Source of the DNA: a virus
Lineage: Duplodnaviria > Heunggongvirae > Uroviricota > Caudoviricetes
DNA length: 64,000 nt
IMG/VR virus record: IMGVR_UViG_3300014204_000107
Span: 235,352-299,351 of that record
Direction: 5' to 3' (one strand)
The notes under the pieces were generated by a model. It saw only the letters and a list, made by a program, of their open reading frames with translations, was not told the origin of the DNA and searched no databases. A program made the translations under genes and the position numbers. Positions 50,416 to 59,718 of the stretch are shown piece by piece (the stretch's first letter is position 1; every line of letters starts with the position of its first letter).

Positions 50416-50586
50416 ATGGAAGAAGATATAATTCGTATTGAATATGATGATGAGATTTGGGATGTTATTGATGCCATAAGTGCAGCATTAGACAAATATG
50501 ATTTAAGAATAGAACAATGCAAAGAGCAGGACGAAGAGCCTAACGGTGTTACAAAGTATCAAATAATACAATTATTAAGAATATAA
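50416..50586 (+). CDS. 56-aa acidic protein (not in ORF track)
   Basis: MEEDIIRIEYDDEIWDVID...; exactly fills the gap between its neighbours. Confidence 0.55.
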   Translation: MEEDIIRIEYDDEIWDVIDAISAALDKYDLRIEQCKEQDEEPNGVTKYQIIQLLRI

Positions 50587-50587
50587 T

Positions 50588-51700
50588 ATGAAAAATATAT
50601 TTATATTGCCCATAGAAAGCATTGATACGCGCTACACAGCACAATGGAAAACATATATTCCAAAGTTACTTAATGAACATATTGCAGCAAATAACTTAGA
50701 TTACCAAGTTATTGATATAGATGGCATTATTGAAGAAGGAACTAACGAAACTACTCCCGGTGCATTTTTAAACTTTGCGAAAACAAATATTTATAAAAGT
50801 TCGCAGGCCATTACAGTTGCTAAATTATTTGAACAAGATTTAGTTAAAGATGGTGACCAATTCATATTCACAGACGCATGGAACCCAATTATAATACAGC
50901 TTAAGTATATGGCTGAATTATTTAGAAAAAGAATTGTTATTCATGGACTATGGCATGCTGGAAGTTATGACCCAATGGATTGGCTTGGCAGGCATTTTAA
51001 CCATGCATGGTCGTTTCCATTTGAGCAATCTTTATTTTGGGCAATAGATAAGAATTATTTTGCATCTGACTTTCATATTCGTATGTTTATATATGAGTTA
51101 TTTAATGTAAAGGGTTCTGGTGCAAAAGTAGACCAAATGATAAGTAGGTTGCATAATAAAATAGTTCGATGCGGCTGGCCGATGGACTATATGCCGAAAA
51201 TACTTGAAAAATATAAAACGGAAGAAAAAAGAAATTTAATATTGTTCCCACATAGAATAGCACCAGAAAAACAATTAGATATATTCAAAGACTTGGCGGA
51301 AGCATTGCCAGAATATGAATGGATTGTTTGTCAAGAACAAAATCTAACTAAAGACGAGTACCATAAACTATTGGGCGAATCAAAAATAGTATTCTCGGCA
51401 AACTTACAAGAAACATTAGGTATATCAGTTTATGAAGGTGCAATAGTTGGTGCATTACCATTAATGCCAGATAGATTAAGCTATATGGAAATATGGCCAC
51501 CTGAATTTAAATATCCAAGCGAATGGACTGAAAGCTTTGATAAATACATTGAACATAAAGATAAAGTAATTGCACTTATAAAACAATATATTGAAGAATA
51601 TGATACCTATTCATCCTTATTGATTAATTTAGTCCCGAAAATAACATCAAAATATTTTACTGCTGATGCACTTATTAATGAATTATTTAAATCTAATTAG
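50588..51700 (+). CDS. GT-B fold glycosyltransferase (GT4-like)
   Basis: FPHR...EK, SKIVFS..LQETLGIS.YEG...GA.P..P...SY.E nucleotide-sugar-binding segment; WHAGSYD. Confidence 0.8.
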   Translation: MKNIFILPIESIDTRYTAQWKTYIPKLLNEHIAANNLDYQVIDIDGIIEEGTNETTPGAFLNFAKTNIYKSSQAITVAKLFEQDLVKDGDQFIFTDAWNPIIIQLKYMAELFRKRIVIHGLWHAGSYDPMDWLGRHFNHAWSFPFEQSLFWAIDKNYFASDFHIRMFIYELFNVKGSGAKVDQMISRLHNKIVRCGWPMDYMPKILEKYKTEEKRNLILFPHRIAPEKQLDIFKDLAEALPEYEWIVCQEQNLTKDEYHKLLGESKIVFSANLQETLGISVYEGAIVGALPLMPDRLSYMEIWPPEFKYPSEWTESFDKYIEHKDKVIALIKQYIEEYDTYSSLLINLVPKITSKYFTADALINELFKSN

Positions 51701-51701
51701 T

Positions 51702-52049
51702 ATGGAAAATATTGATGTTGCTGAAGTATTAATAAAAAATGGCTTTTATTTAGGCCGATTAATGGCAGGTTCTAAATCATTGTATCGTAAAGCATATCCA
51801 GATAATTTTGCAGTATTTAATGCAAATATAATAACGGATAATGGTAAAATATGGTATGGCGACATAGATGTAACTTTAGATGAACCAAAGTTATTACGAA
51901 TAGCAAAAGAAACAGACACAGATTTATACATCTTGCGTGAAATGGATTGCAGATTTGAACATGAAAATGATTCAGTAGAAATAATGAAAAGTAAAGCAGT
52001 AGCAATAATAACTAAAAGTGGCGCTGAAATTATAATCAAAACGAAATAA
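51702..52049 (+). CDS. Hypothetical protein
   Basis: ATG 51702; GR...GSKS.Y...FNAN...IWYGD.D. Confidence 0.65.
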   Translation: MENIDVAEVLIKNGFYLGRLMAGSKSLYRKAYPDNFAVFNANIITDNGKIWYGDIDVTLDEPKLLRIAKETDTDLYILREMDCRFEHENDSVEIMKSKAVAIITKSGAEIIIKTK

Positions 52050-52050
52050 A

Positions 52051-52587
52051 ATGGATCAATTAACTACATTAATTAAAAAAATTGTACGGGAAGTTTTAAT
52101 AGAAGAGGAAGATAAAAAACTATTAAAAGAATTTAATTTTGATATAGAAAATAGATACGAAAATACAGCAGATAGTACCGATACAGTAAAGATATTTATA
52201 AATGATTCTGGTATGTACAATTATACTATAATGGAACCAATTAAATCAAATGCTAATAGTAAGTTATCATATGAAATAGTAGAAATTATATTTATGTGGT
52301 CAAAAGAAAAAAATAAAAATTTATCCGTTGAAAAACCAAATACCGTTGATCAAAAAGTATTTAATACGCATTTATATAATTTTTTAACATATTTTATTGA
52401 TTCAGCAGATATAGTATTACTGCGACCAATTGATAGATTTCGTGTTAGATTATTTAGAATGGCATTAAATAGTACATTAAATCATGATTTATATGATATG
52501 AAAGATAATGAAGATGTTCTTCGTATATTAATAGCAAAAAAAGATACATTTTTAACTGAAATACTAAAATTAATTAAAACTAAATGA
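52051..52587 (+). CDS. Hypothetical protein with leader variant; probable paralog of 38951..39499
   Basis: MDQLTTLIKKIVREVLIEEEDKKLLKE/F; stop overlaps the dpdA start (ATGA). Confidence 0.65.
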   Translation: MDQLTTLIKKIVREVLIEEEDKKLLKEFNFDIENRYENTADSTDTVKIFINDSGMYNYTIMEPIKSNANSKLSYEIVEIIFMWSKEKNKNLSVEKPNTVDQKVFNTHLYNFLTYFIDSADIVLLRPIDRFRVRLFRMALNSTLNHDLYDMKDNEDVLRILIAKKDTFLTEILKLIKTK

Positions 52588-53888
52588 ACAAAAAATTCTC
52601 AGAAATTAACCCAGACCAAAAGTTTATCTATTTTCCATCATTATCTAATGGGGCAGCAAAGCAATGGTTTATAAAAGATGACCATATTGACGATAAGACG
52701 CCATTTAGATTTTATTCAAAAGATTTTGAAGGAACACCTTGGTATTATCCATATTTTTTGATATCGGCTGGACACAATATGAAGGACATAACAATGAGGG
52801 ATAAAATGGGATTGCATCCCGATTCTCTTGTGTTAGGTGACAGTGGTGGATACCAAATAGTAACAGGGGCCATCAAATGGGATCCCTCGCTCAAACAGAC
52901 CGTATTCGATTGGCTCGAAAACAATAGTGACATTGCCATGATATTGGATATTCCACCCCGTGGTAATTATTTGGGCAAATTCAATGAAGCATTAACTACA
53001 AGTTTAGATAACTTTGCGTTTTTTGAAAAACATCAAACAGGCAAAACACAATTCTTAAATGTTATGCAAGGTGCAGGAGTTGATGAAGAATATAAAGCTT
53101 GGTATGAAGCAGTTAAACATTTTGATTTTAGTGGTTGGGCAATAGCTGCAGCAAGAGATCCACGTAGAATGTTATATACATTAGCATTATTGCTTGAAGG
53201 AAAAGAATTTGAAAAGAATAAGAAGCAATTTGTGCATTATTTGGGTATATCCGGTATTGACCATTTCTTAATGTTGTCAATAATGCAGGAAGCGTTAAAT
53301 AAACGGTATGGCGGAAAGATAGCATTAACGACAGATAGCTCGACACCAAACCGGGCAACTATATTTGGAACTTATTATTATGATGTAAATTGGCGCACAC
53401 TTAATTATATATCATTGTATTTTGGCAAAAATGGCAAAACAGATTATAATCCAAAAGCCAAATTACCTTGTAGAATTGATTGCGCAGCATGCCACGATAA
53501 AACGTACGAAGTAATTGAACCGTTTGACGCAAGGGCAATGATGATTATGACAAACCATAATGTTTATTTATACAATAACATTGTAGACATGATAAATAAA
53601 ATGGTTCAAAGTCCAGCAGGCATAATACAAGAAGTATTATCAAAAGAATGGTTCCAAATATATAATTCAATATTTGAAATGGTTAACAGCGATCACCCAA
53701 TATTGGTGTATAATAAATACAAACAATTATACCAATCAGTTAGTTCTGAAGTACATACAGGATTGGAAGTTAACCATATGTCACAGTGGTTTGAATTTGA
53801 TGCAAGTGCTGAACCTAAAAAGAAAACGAAAAAAGAAAAACGTGCAGAACTACCTGCAATATTAACACCAGATGATTTACCGTTTTAA
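52584..53888 (+). CDS. dpdA: TGT-fold guanine transglycosylase (DpdA-like, DNA 7-deazaguanine insertion)
   Basis: DSGGYQ, MILDIPP, VMQG, GWAI, HYLG, TDSS, Zn site CRIDCAAC...HN; co-occurs with folE/queD/queE. Confidence 0.8.
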   Translation: MNKKFSEINPDQKFIYFPSLSNGAAKQWFIKDDHIDDKTPFRFYSKDFEGTPWYYPYFLISAGHNMKDITMRDKMGLHPDSLVLGDSGGYQIVTGAIKWDPSLKQTVFDWLENNSDIAMILDIPPRGNYLGKFNEALTTSLDNFAFFEKHQTGKTQFLNVMQGAGVDEEYKAWYEAVKHFDFSGWAIAAARDPRRMLYTLALLLEGKEFEKNKKQFVHYLGISGIDHFLMLSIMQEALNKRYGGKIALTTDSSTPNRATIFGTYYYDVNWRTLNYISLYFGKNGKTDYNPKAKLPCRIDCAACHDKTYEVIEPFDARAMMIMTNHNVYLYNNIVDMINKMVQSPAGIIQEVLSKEWFQIYNSIFEMVNSDHPILVYNKYKQLYQSVSSEVHTGLEVNHMSQWFEFDASAEPKKKTKKEKRAELPAILTPDDLPF

Positions 53889-53897
53889 TATAATATT

Positions 53898-54158
53898 ATG
53901 GAAAAGAAATATACTTTTTGGCAACATCTTTATGCAGCATTTTTAAATACAAATGCTACTTGGTTATATGCTACAGAGGCAGAAAAATTGTTAATGGGAT
54001 ATGATTCACTAACAAAAGAAGAACGAGAAATAGTAATAGCAAAGCTATCTCCTACAGAAGAAGACATAGAAAAAGAATTAGAAAATGTAAATCCATCGCA
54101 CGCAGGATATGTTGTGCATGGAATACATTTAGTAAAAAATTATATGAAAAACATTTAA
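53898..54158 (+). CDS. Hypothetical protein
   Basis: ORF track. Confidence 0.55.
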   Translation: MEKKYTFWQHLYAAFLNTNATWLYATEAEKLLMGYDSLTKEEREIVIAKLSPTEEDIEKELENVNPSHAGYVVHGIHLVKNYMKNI

Positions 54159-54171
54159 ACAAATATAACGC

Positions 54172-54897
54172 ATGAAAAAAGAACAAATTGAAAAATTCAT
54201 TGACAAATATAATCTTGGTAAGATTATTGAATTGGCAATGTGGACAGTAAAAAAGAATAAGTTAAGTACAGACTTCGTTAATGCGAATAAAACGCTTATT
54301 GGGCGGGTTGAAATGAAAAAGTTTGACCACGAAGATTGTGAGTTTGGTATATTCGATACCAGCTTGTTACAAAACATTATTGCATCAATGTCTGACGATA
54401 TTGATTTCAAATTAAACATGGTTGGTGCAAAGGAAGTTAATATTGAAATGAGTGATAATGTATTTAAAAGCAAATACGTTACAGCCGACAAAGCAGTCAT
54501 GCCACCAGCAGGAAAGCCAAAGAACTTACCTGGATTTGATGTAGAATTTGATATAACACCAGCATTTATTACTAAATTTATTAAAGGTAAAAATGCATTG
54601 GGCAGTGAATCATTCGCCGTGGCAGTAAAGGATAAGGAGTTAACAATAACAATTGGTTATGCAAATATCAATTCCAATAGGATTGAATTTACAGAATCAG
54701 TAGATGGCGACCCGGAAGACGTAGATGTAATGCTCTTTTCTGCTGATGTATTGAAAAATATATTAATAGCCAATAAGGACATGGACAAAGGAACATTAAA
54801 ACTATCTGCACAGGGATTGATGAAGGTTGAATTTGAATCTGATGATTTTGTAACTGAATATTATTTAGTAAGATATCAACAAATAGATAACGCATAA
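54172..54897 (+). CDS. Sliding clamp (gp45-like)
   Basis: About 240 aa, acidic and beta-rich; EFGIFDTS.L, S.QGLMKVEF...EYYLV; directly upstream of the clamp loader. Confidence 0.8.
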   Translation: MKKEQIEKFIDKYNLGKIIELAMWTVKKNKLSTDFVNANKTLIGRVEMKKFDHEDCEFGIFDTSLLQNIIASMSDDIDFKLNMVGAKEVNIEMSDNVFKSKYVTADKAVMPPAGKPKNLPGFDVEFDITPAFITKFIKGKNALGSESFAVAVKDKELTITIGYANINSNRIEFTESVDGDPEDVDVMLFSADVLKNILIANKDMDKGTLKLSAQGLMKVEFESDDFVTEYYLVRYQQIDNA

Positions 54898-54900
54898 AAT

Positions 54901-57438
54901 ATGATTGGAAATAAAGAACATTACATTTGGGTAGAGCGGTATCGCCCAAAAACATTAGATGATTTTGTTGGCAACGACCACATCAAAGAAAAGTTTAAAT
55001 TATATATTGATAGTGGTCAAATACCAATGGTTTTGCTATCAAGCGGACCAGGCACGGGAAAGACTACTTTAGCAAAAATAGTTATAAATAATTTGGATTG
55101 CGATTATTTGTATATTAATGCATCTGACGAAAATAGTGTTGATGTGATGCGTGATAAGATAAGGAGATTTGCAAGTACATCTGGATTTAAAGATTTAAAA
55201 ATAGTCATTCTTGATGAAGCAGATTTTTTAACCATACAAAGTCAAGCGGCATTGCGCAATATTCTAGAAACATTTAGTTTAACTACGCGGTTTATATTAA
55301 CGTGCGTAGATGAAAATACAAAGATATATACTGATCATGGCTATAAATTAGTACAAAATTTATTAAATGATAATATTTGTACTAAAAATGGTAATCAAAA
55401 GAATAAAGGTCTAAATATATCAAATAAGTCAAATGTATTACAAATAAAAACGTTGCATGGCAATGATATTACGGTTACGAAAGAACACAAATTAGATACG
55501 CCGACTGGGTGGGTAGAGGCCAAAAATCTAAAATTAGATGATATTATCTCATTCCCCGTTAAAAATTTATATGGTACTGATTTTGAATTGCAATCGCATA
55601 GTGATTTGTTATTCGACGTCGATGACTTTAACAAATTTTTAGATTCTAGAAACATATTATCACGCGCGGACATTGAAATTATTAAAAATAATAGTAACTA
55701 TTTTTTCTCAAAAAATCAATGGATTATTTTAGATAGTATTGATAATTTTGATTCTTTTACTATTGAAGACATTCAATTTGATACAAACTGCACTATACCA
55801 CAAATAAGGAAGGTTGTTACTCAACTATTGAATATTGACTGCATTCAATCTTTTGATACTGCTAAACGTGGGTGGTTAAAATATAAAAAAAATAAAAATA
55901 TATTGGATTGTATTCATAGTAAAGAAAAAGAATTAAATTTTGACTTAAATAAATCATTAACCAATCTAGATTTTTATAGAATAAAGCATTCACACCATAT
56001 AATTTTTTCAAAGGACGATATTAATGTGCAATTATCAAAGGTGTTTTCAACAACATCACTGGAGTATGATAAAATAGCTTCATTAGCAAGAATAGTTGGA
56101 TTTATGTTTGGTGATGGTCATATTGTCGGTTGCAATTTGCATTTTGCATCTAATGATTCAGTATCATTATTGCATAAGGTAAAAAATGATTTAGATTCAT
56201 TATTTTTAAATGTGTCATGCAACATAAGAAAAAATGGATATTTAAATGGGAAAGGTTTAACATTTGTATATGGTAATTCTGCAGCATCATTATTTTTAGA
56301 ATATTTAGGGTGCCCCGTTGGCAATAAGACTATCCAAAATTTAAAAATACCAAAAATATGTTATTATAATGAATTATTTATGAAATATTATTTACAATCA
56401 TTATTTGATTGTGAATCATTAAATATTAAAATTGGAAAAAATAATAAAACATTTGAACCAATACGTTTTTCGCAGCGGGTATTAGAATCGATATATCAAG
56501 ACGATACGTTTTTTGATGAAATATTAAATATTTTACAATCATATGGCATTAATTGTTATTATACAACAGAAATTTTAAACGATAATAAAGCAAAAATAAA
56601 TAGAGTTAATAGAAGTTTGTATATTTGCCGACAAGAAAGTATTATGAAATATTTAATGAAGTTTGGTAATTATTATGAAGATTATAAAATACATTATGAT
56701 TATTTGGGATATTTGATGTATAAAAAATCAGTCACCGGCTATAATTTTTTGACTTTTAATCAGTGGGCCGAAAAATATTATTATGACGGCATAATAAAGG
56801 ACAAAATAATTGAAATAAAAGTTATAGAACATGATCATAAGGTATATGATCCTTGCTTAGAGTTTGATCATTCTTATATATCGAATGGATTGATATCCCA
56901 TAATTGTAATTACGCTGAAAAAATTATAGAACCTATACAAAGCAGGTGTCAAACATTTATTGTACAGCCTCCCTCGAAAAAAGAAGCAGCAATACGAGTC
57001 AAATATATATTAGATGAAGAAAAAGTAGAATATGATATCCAAGACTTGGCAGTCATAGTAAATGCGCATTATCCAGACATAAGAAAGATCATTAATACTT
57101 GCCAAGAGCAAACTATCAATGGTAAATTAACATTGTCAAAGCAGGATATAATAGAATCCAATTATTTTAGCAAAGTCATTGAATTCCTTAAATCTGATGA
57201 TAAACCGTTTAATATAATTAACAATATAAGGCAACTAATAGCTGATAACCAAATAAAACACTTTGAACCATTATTTAGGCATTTATATGACAATGTTGAT
57301 AACTTTGCAAAAGGTAGAGTATCCAATGTTATATTAATCATAGCAGAGCATTCTTCGCTAGATGTGAGCGTGGTCGACAAAGAAATCAACGCAGTAGCAA
57401 TGATAATTAAGATTGTTGCTGAAATTAAATCAAAATAA
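54901..57438 (+). CDS. Clamp loader ATPase subunit (gp44/RFC-like) with intein
   Basis: WVERYRP, GPGTGKTT, NASDE, ILDEAD, RFILT|CNY, IQSRC, PDIRK.IN. Confidence 0.95.
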   Translation: MIGNKEHYIWVERYRPKTLDDFVGNDHIKEKFKLYIDSGQIPMVLLSSGPGTGKTTLAKIVINNLDCDYLYINASDENSVDVMRDKIRRFASTSGFKDLKIVILDEADFLTIQSQAALRNILETFSLTTRFILTCVDENTKIYTDHGYKLVQNLLNDNICTKNGNQKNKGLNISNKSNVLQIKTLHGNDITVTKEHKLDTPTGWVEAKNLKLDDIISFPVKNLYGTDFELQSHSDLLFDVDDFNKFLDSRNILSRADIEIIKNNSNYFFSKNQWIILDSIDNFDSFTIEDIQFDTNCTIPQIRKVVTQLLNIDCIQSFDTAKRGWLKYKKNKNILDCIHSKEKELNFDLNKSLTNLDFYRIKHSHHIIFSKDDINVQLSKVFSTTSLEYDKIASLARIVGFMFGDGHIVGCNLHFASNDSVSLLHKVKNDLDSLFLNVSCNIRKNGYLNGKGLTFVYGNSAASLFLEYLGCPVGNKTIQNLKIPKICYYNELFMKYYLQSLFDCESLNIKIGKNNKTFEPIRFSQRVLESIYQDDTFFDEILNILQSYGINCYYTTEILNDNKAKINRVNRSLYICRQESIMKYLMKFGNYYEDYKIHYDYLGYLMYKKSVTGYNFLTFNQWAEKYYYDGIIKDKIIEIKVIEHDHKVYDPCLEFDHSYISNGLISHNCNYAEKIIEPIQSRCQTFIVQPPSKKEAAIRVKYILDEEKVEYDIQDLAVIVNAHYPDIRKIINTCQEQTINGKLTLSKQDIIESNYFSKVIEFLKSDDKPFNIINNIRQLIADNQIKHFEPLFRHLYDNVDNFAKGRVSNVILIIAEHSSLDVSVVDKEINAVAMIIKIVAEIKSK
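55303..56904 (+). mobile_element. 534-aa LAGLIDADG intein in the clamp loader
   Basis: Starts CVDENT; block B VTKEH; IVGFMFGDG and degenerate YLQSLFDCE; ends SHN/C. Confidence 0.92.
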
Positions 57439-57540
57439 TAGAAAATATGGAAACAATAATAATATTATTATGTGCAATGTCATTGCTGGTTGTAAAAATT
57501 GCAGTACAAGATAATACAATTAGAAAATTAAAACAAAATA

Positions 57541-57777
57541 ATGGAAAAACTAATTGATATTGTAAGAAACAGCCCTGCACGATTGGTATGGATATGTAAT
57601 GGTAAAGTTTATTTCGAAATAACAACAGATAAACATTTATACCAACTCGAAATAGACAGCACGTCCCCTGACTGGAAAGATTCTTATATTGTAAAAGAAT
57701 ATAATGCAAGAGAATTAATGAGATGGATTAGGTTGGGTATTGATAATAACGATGGAACTTTTATTATATTAAAATAA
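57541..57777 (+). CDS. Hypothetical protein
   Basis: ORF track; LMRWIR motif. Confidence 0.6.
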   Translation: MEKLIDIVRNSPARLVWICNGKVYFEITTDKHLYQLEIDSTSPDWKDSYIVKEYNARELMRWIRLGIDNNDGTFIILK

Positions 57778-57826
57778 TTTAGTATATTTTTGTATATTTT
57801 TTTATTTTATACTATATATAATTACT

Positions 57827-58561
57827 ATGGATTACAAAAGTCTTAAATTAACGGTCGAAGCTCACGATATACTTAAAAAGTATTGTGATGATAACTATTT
57901 GAAAATAGCTGACTATGTTAGTTTTTTGATTGTTGATTCCATTGGAAAACTTACAAAAAAAGGAGAAAATAAAATGGAAAACAATGAAAAATCTTTAGCA
58001 GGGCAGTTGTTATCAAAGGTATTAGAAGAATACTTAGCAACTCACCAATTCGAAACATTTAATATGTCAGAATTAATGACATTTGTGCGCGACCATATTA
58101 ATATGGATATGTTTGAACATTTAGAATTTATATTTGATAATGTTACTATACGTGATATTGATAATGTTATGTTTGGGCAAGCATATTTTAGAGCAGTTGG
58201 CATGGAAAAAATTAGAGTATTGCATATTACAATATTCCCGGTTAGAACTGAAATTAAAGAAGTTACAACTGATAAATCAACAGTCGGTAGATATTCGTCA
58301 AGCGACTTAGATATTACAAAAGATATTAATTTGCTTGATGCAAGGACGCTAAATCCAGAATTAAAGATTGCCGGAACATCTTTTAAACGCATACATGAAA
58401 TATTTAAAAAATCAATGGTAGCAAAAGAGCCAATAAGTAGAGAATTTATTAAACAAGATACAATACCAGAATTAAGTAATGAAATATTTGATAGTGCACC
58501 TGGAGACGGTTATGAATTTGTTATAGGCGAAACTGGTGGACTTTCTTTAAAAGAAAAATAA
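57827..58561 (+). CDS. RHH-like N-terminal domain in frame with a second protein (internal start at 57974)
   Basis: YKSLKLTVEAHDILKKYC...KIADYV; internal AGGAG(57961)-ATG(57974); upstream 10-nt direct repeat GTATATTTTT x2 and a CTATATAT box. Confidence 0.6.
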   Translation: MDYKSLKLTVEAHDILKKYCDDNYLKIADYVSFLIVDSIGKLTKKGENKMENNEKSLAGQLLSKVLEEYLATHQFETFNMSELMTFVRDHINMDMFEHLEFIFDNVTIRDIDNVMFGQAYFRAVGMEKIRVLHITIFPVRTEIKEVTTDKSTVGRYSSSDLDITKDINLLDARTLNPELKIAGTSFKRIHEIFKKSMVAKEPISREFIKQDTIPELSNEIFDSAPGDGYEFVIGETGGLSLKEK

Positions 58562-58771
58562 ATGGATACAGAATTAAAGCAAATAGGGCCAACTAAATTA
58601 GTTTCAATACAGTTCGAATATGAAGACCATATTTGGAAAATATCTGGCAAACTGGCAGAAGACTGGAACGATAGGATTAATGCTGCCGTGGTAGATGCAG
58701 CAGCATTTAATAATAAACAATATTTTGATGATTTTCCTTTTGATAATGCAGAAATTATTTTAAAGAAATAG
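58562..58771 (+). CDS. Hypothetical protein
   Basis: ORF track. Confidence 0.55.
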   Translation: MDTELKQIGPTKLVSIQFEYEDHIWKISGKLAEDWNDRINAAVVDAAAFNNKQYFDDFPFDNAEIILKK

Positions 58772-58884
58772 TATGACCAAAGAAAATATAGCAGTAAATA
58801 AGGGTGAAATTAGAAATAATTTTATAAAATTTAATATAAATTAAAATTTATAGCAAGTAAAACATTTAATTGGTACTAAAAATA

Positions 58885-59406
58885 ATGGCAAAGAAAGCAG
58901 TAAATAAAGAAGAAAAGCCAAAAAAGAAAAAGGCGATAACAAAGCCTGGTGCGTTTGGACCCTTACAGCACATGGATAACCTAACAATAAATAAATTGCC
59001 ATGGGAATCTATGACAGAAACAGAGCAAAAGAGCTTTTTAGTATTTATTATTAATAAGTGGCTTAGCATGAACCATAGTTATACAGATATTATTAATCAG
59101 TTGCAACGCTATACCATAGGTATATTAGAGCCAAGAGAAGTGTATAAATTGTATTTGGGATTTTTTCCTAATTCAAAATTACCATTTTCTCGATATATTA
59201 AATCCAAAAGACTAATTAACTATAACAAGGAATTGCTTGAATATATGGTTATTTGGTTTGGATGTTCAGAACAGCAAGCTATAAGTTATTTAAATATTTA
59301 TTATAAAACAGATAGTGGTTTACAGCAAGTAATAGACATATTACGAAAATTCGGAATTGAAAATAAGAAAATAGATAAGTTAATTAAAGTTAAACAGGAG
59401 GATTAA
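58885..59406 (+). CDS. Clamp loader small subunit (gp62-like)
   Basis: F..FIINKWLSM, F.RYIK, WF.CS...A..YL pattern; ATG 58885. Confidence 0.75.
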   Translation: MAKKAVNKEEKPKKKKAITKPGAFGPLQHMDNLTINKLPWESMTETEQKSFLVFIINKWLSMNHSYTDIINQLQRYTIGILEPREVYKLYLGFFPNSKLPFSRYIKSKRLINYNKELLEYMVIWFGCSEQQAISYLNIYYKTDSGLQQVIDILRKFGIENKKIDKLIKVKQED

Positions 59407-59407
59407 A

Positions 59408-59707
59408 ATGGTTACATTCAGGCCAATCGAAGATAAGGTTATCATCGAGCCAATCAAAAAAGAACTAAAGTCCAATGGTGGTATTATTATACCAGATATT
59501 GGTAAAGAAGAAGCGTTATCAGGAACTATTATAGCAATAGGACCAGGAAGAACATTAGAAAACGGCACTGCAAAGCCACCAACGGTTAACGTAGGTGATA
59601 TTGTAGTATATCCAAAATTTGGTGCGTCAATACTAAAGTATGGCAATAAGGAATATATTGTTATGAGTGAAAGAGATTTGTTTGCAATTATAACAGAACA
59701 AGATTAA
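59408..59707 (+). CDS. groES: Co-chaperonin GroES
   Basis: FRPIEDKVII, GGIIIPD, G.IIAIGPG, VGDIV.Y.KFG, E.D.FAII. Confidence 0.93.
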   Translation: MVTFRPIEDKVIIEPIKKELKSNGGIIIPDIGKEEALSGTIIAIGPGRTLENGTAKPPTVNVGDIVVYPKFGASILKYGNKEYIVMSERDLFAIITEQD

Positions 59708-59718
59708 ATATAAATTTT

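Noticed and set aside
52584-53888. Canonical tRNA-guanine transglycosylase (tgt) for queuosine
   Set aside because: It lacks the typical bacterial Tgt N-terminus (TPxFMPVGT) and sits with replication genes in a phage, so a DNA-acting DpdA-like role is more likely, though unproven.
58823-58852. AT-only inverted repeat as a replication origin or terminator
   Set aside because: Pure A/T with a mismatch, which is expected by chance at this composition; no supporting iterons.
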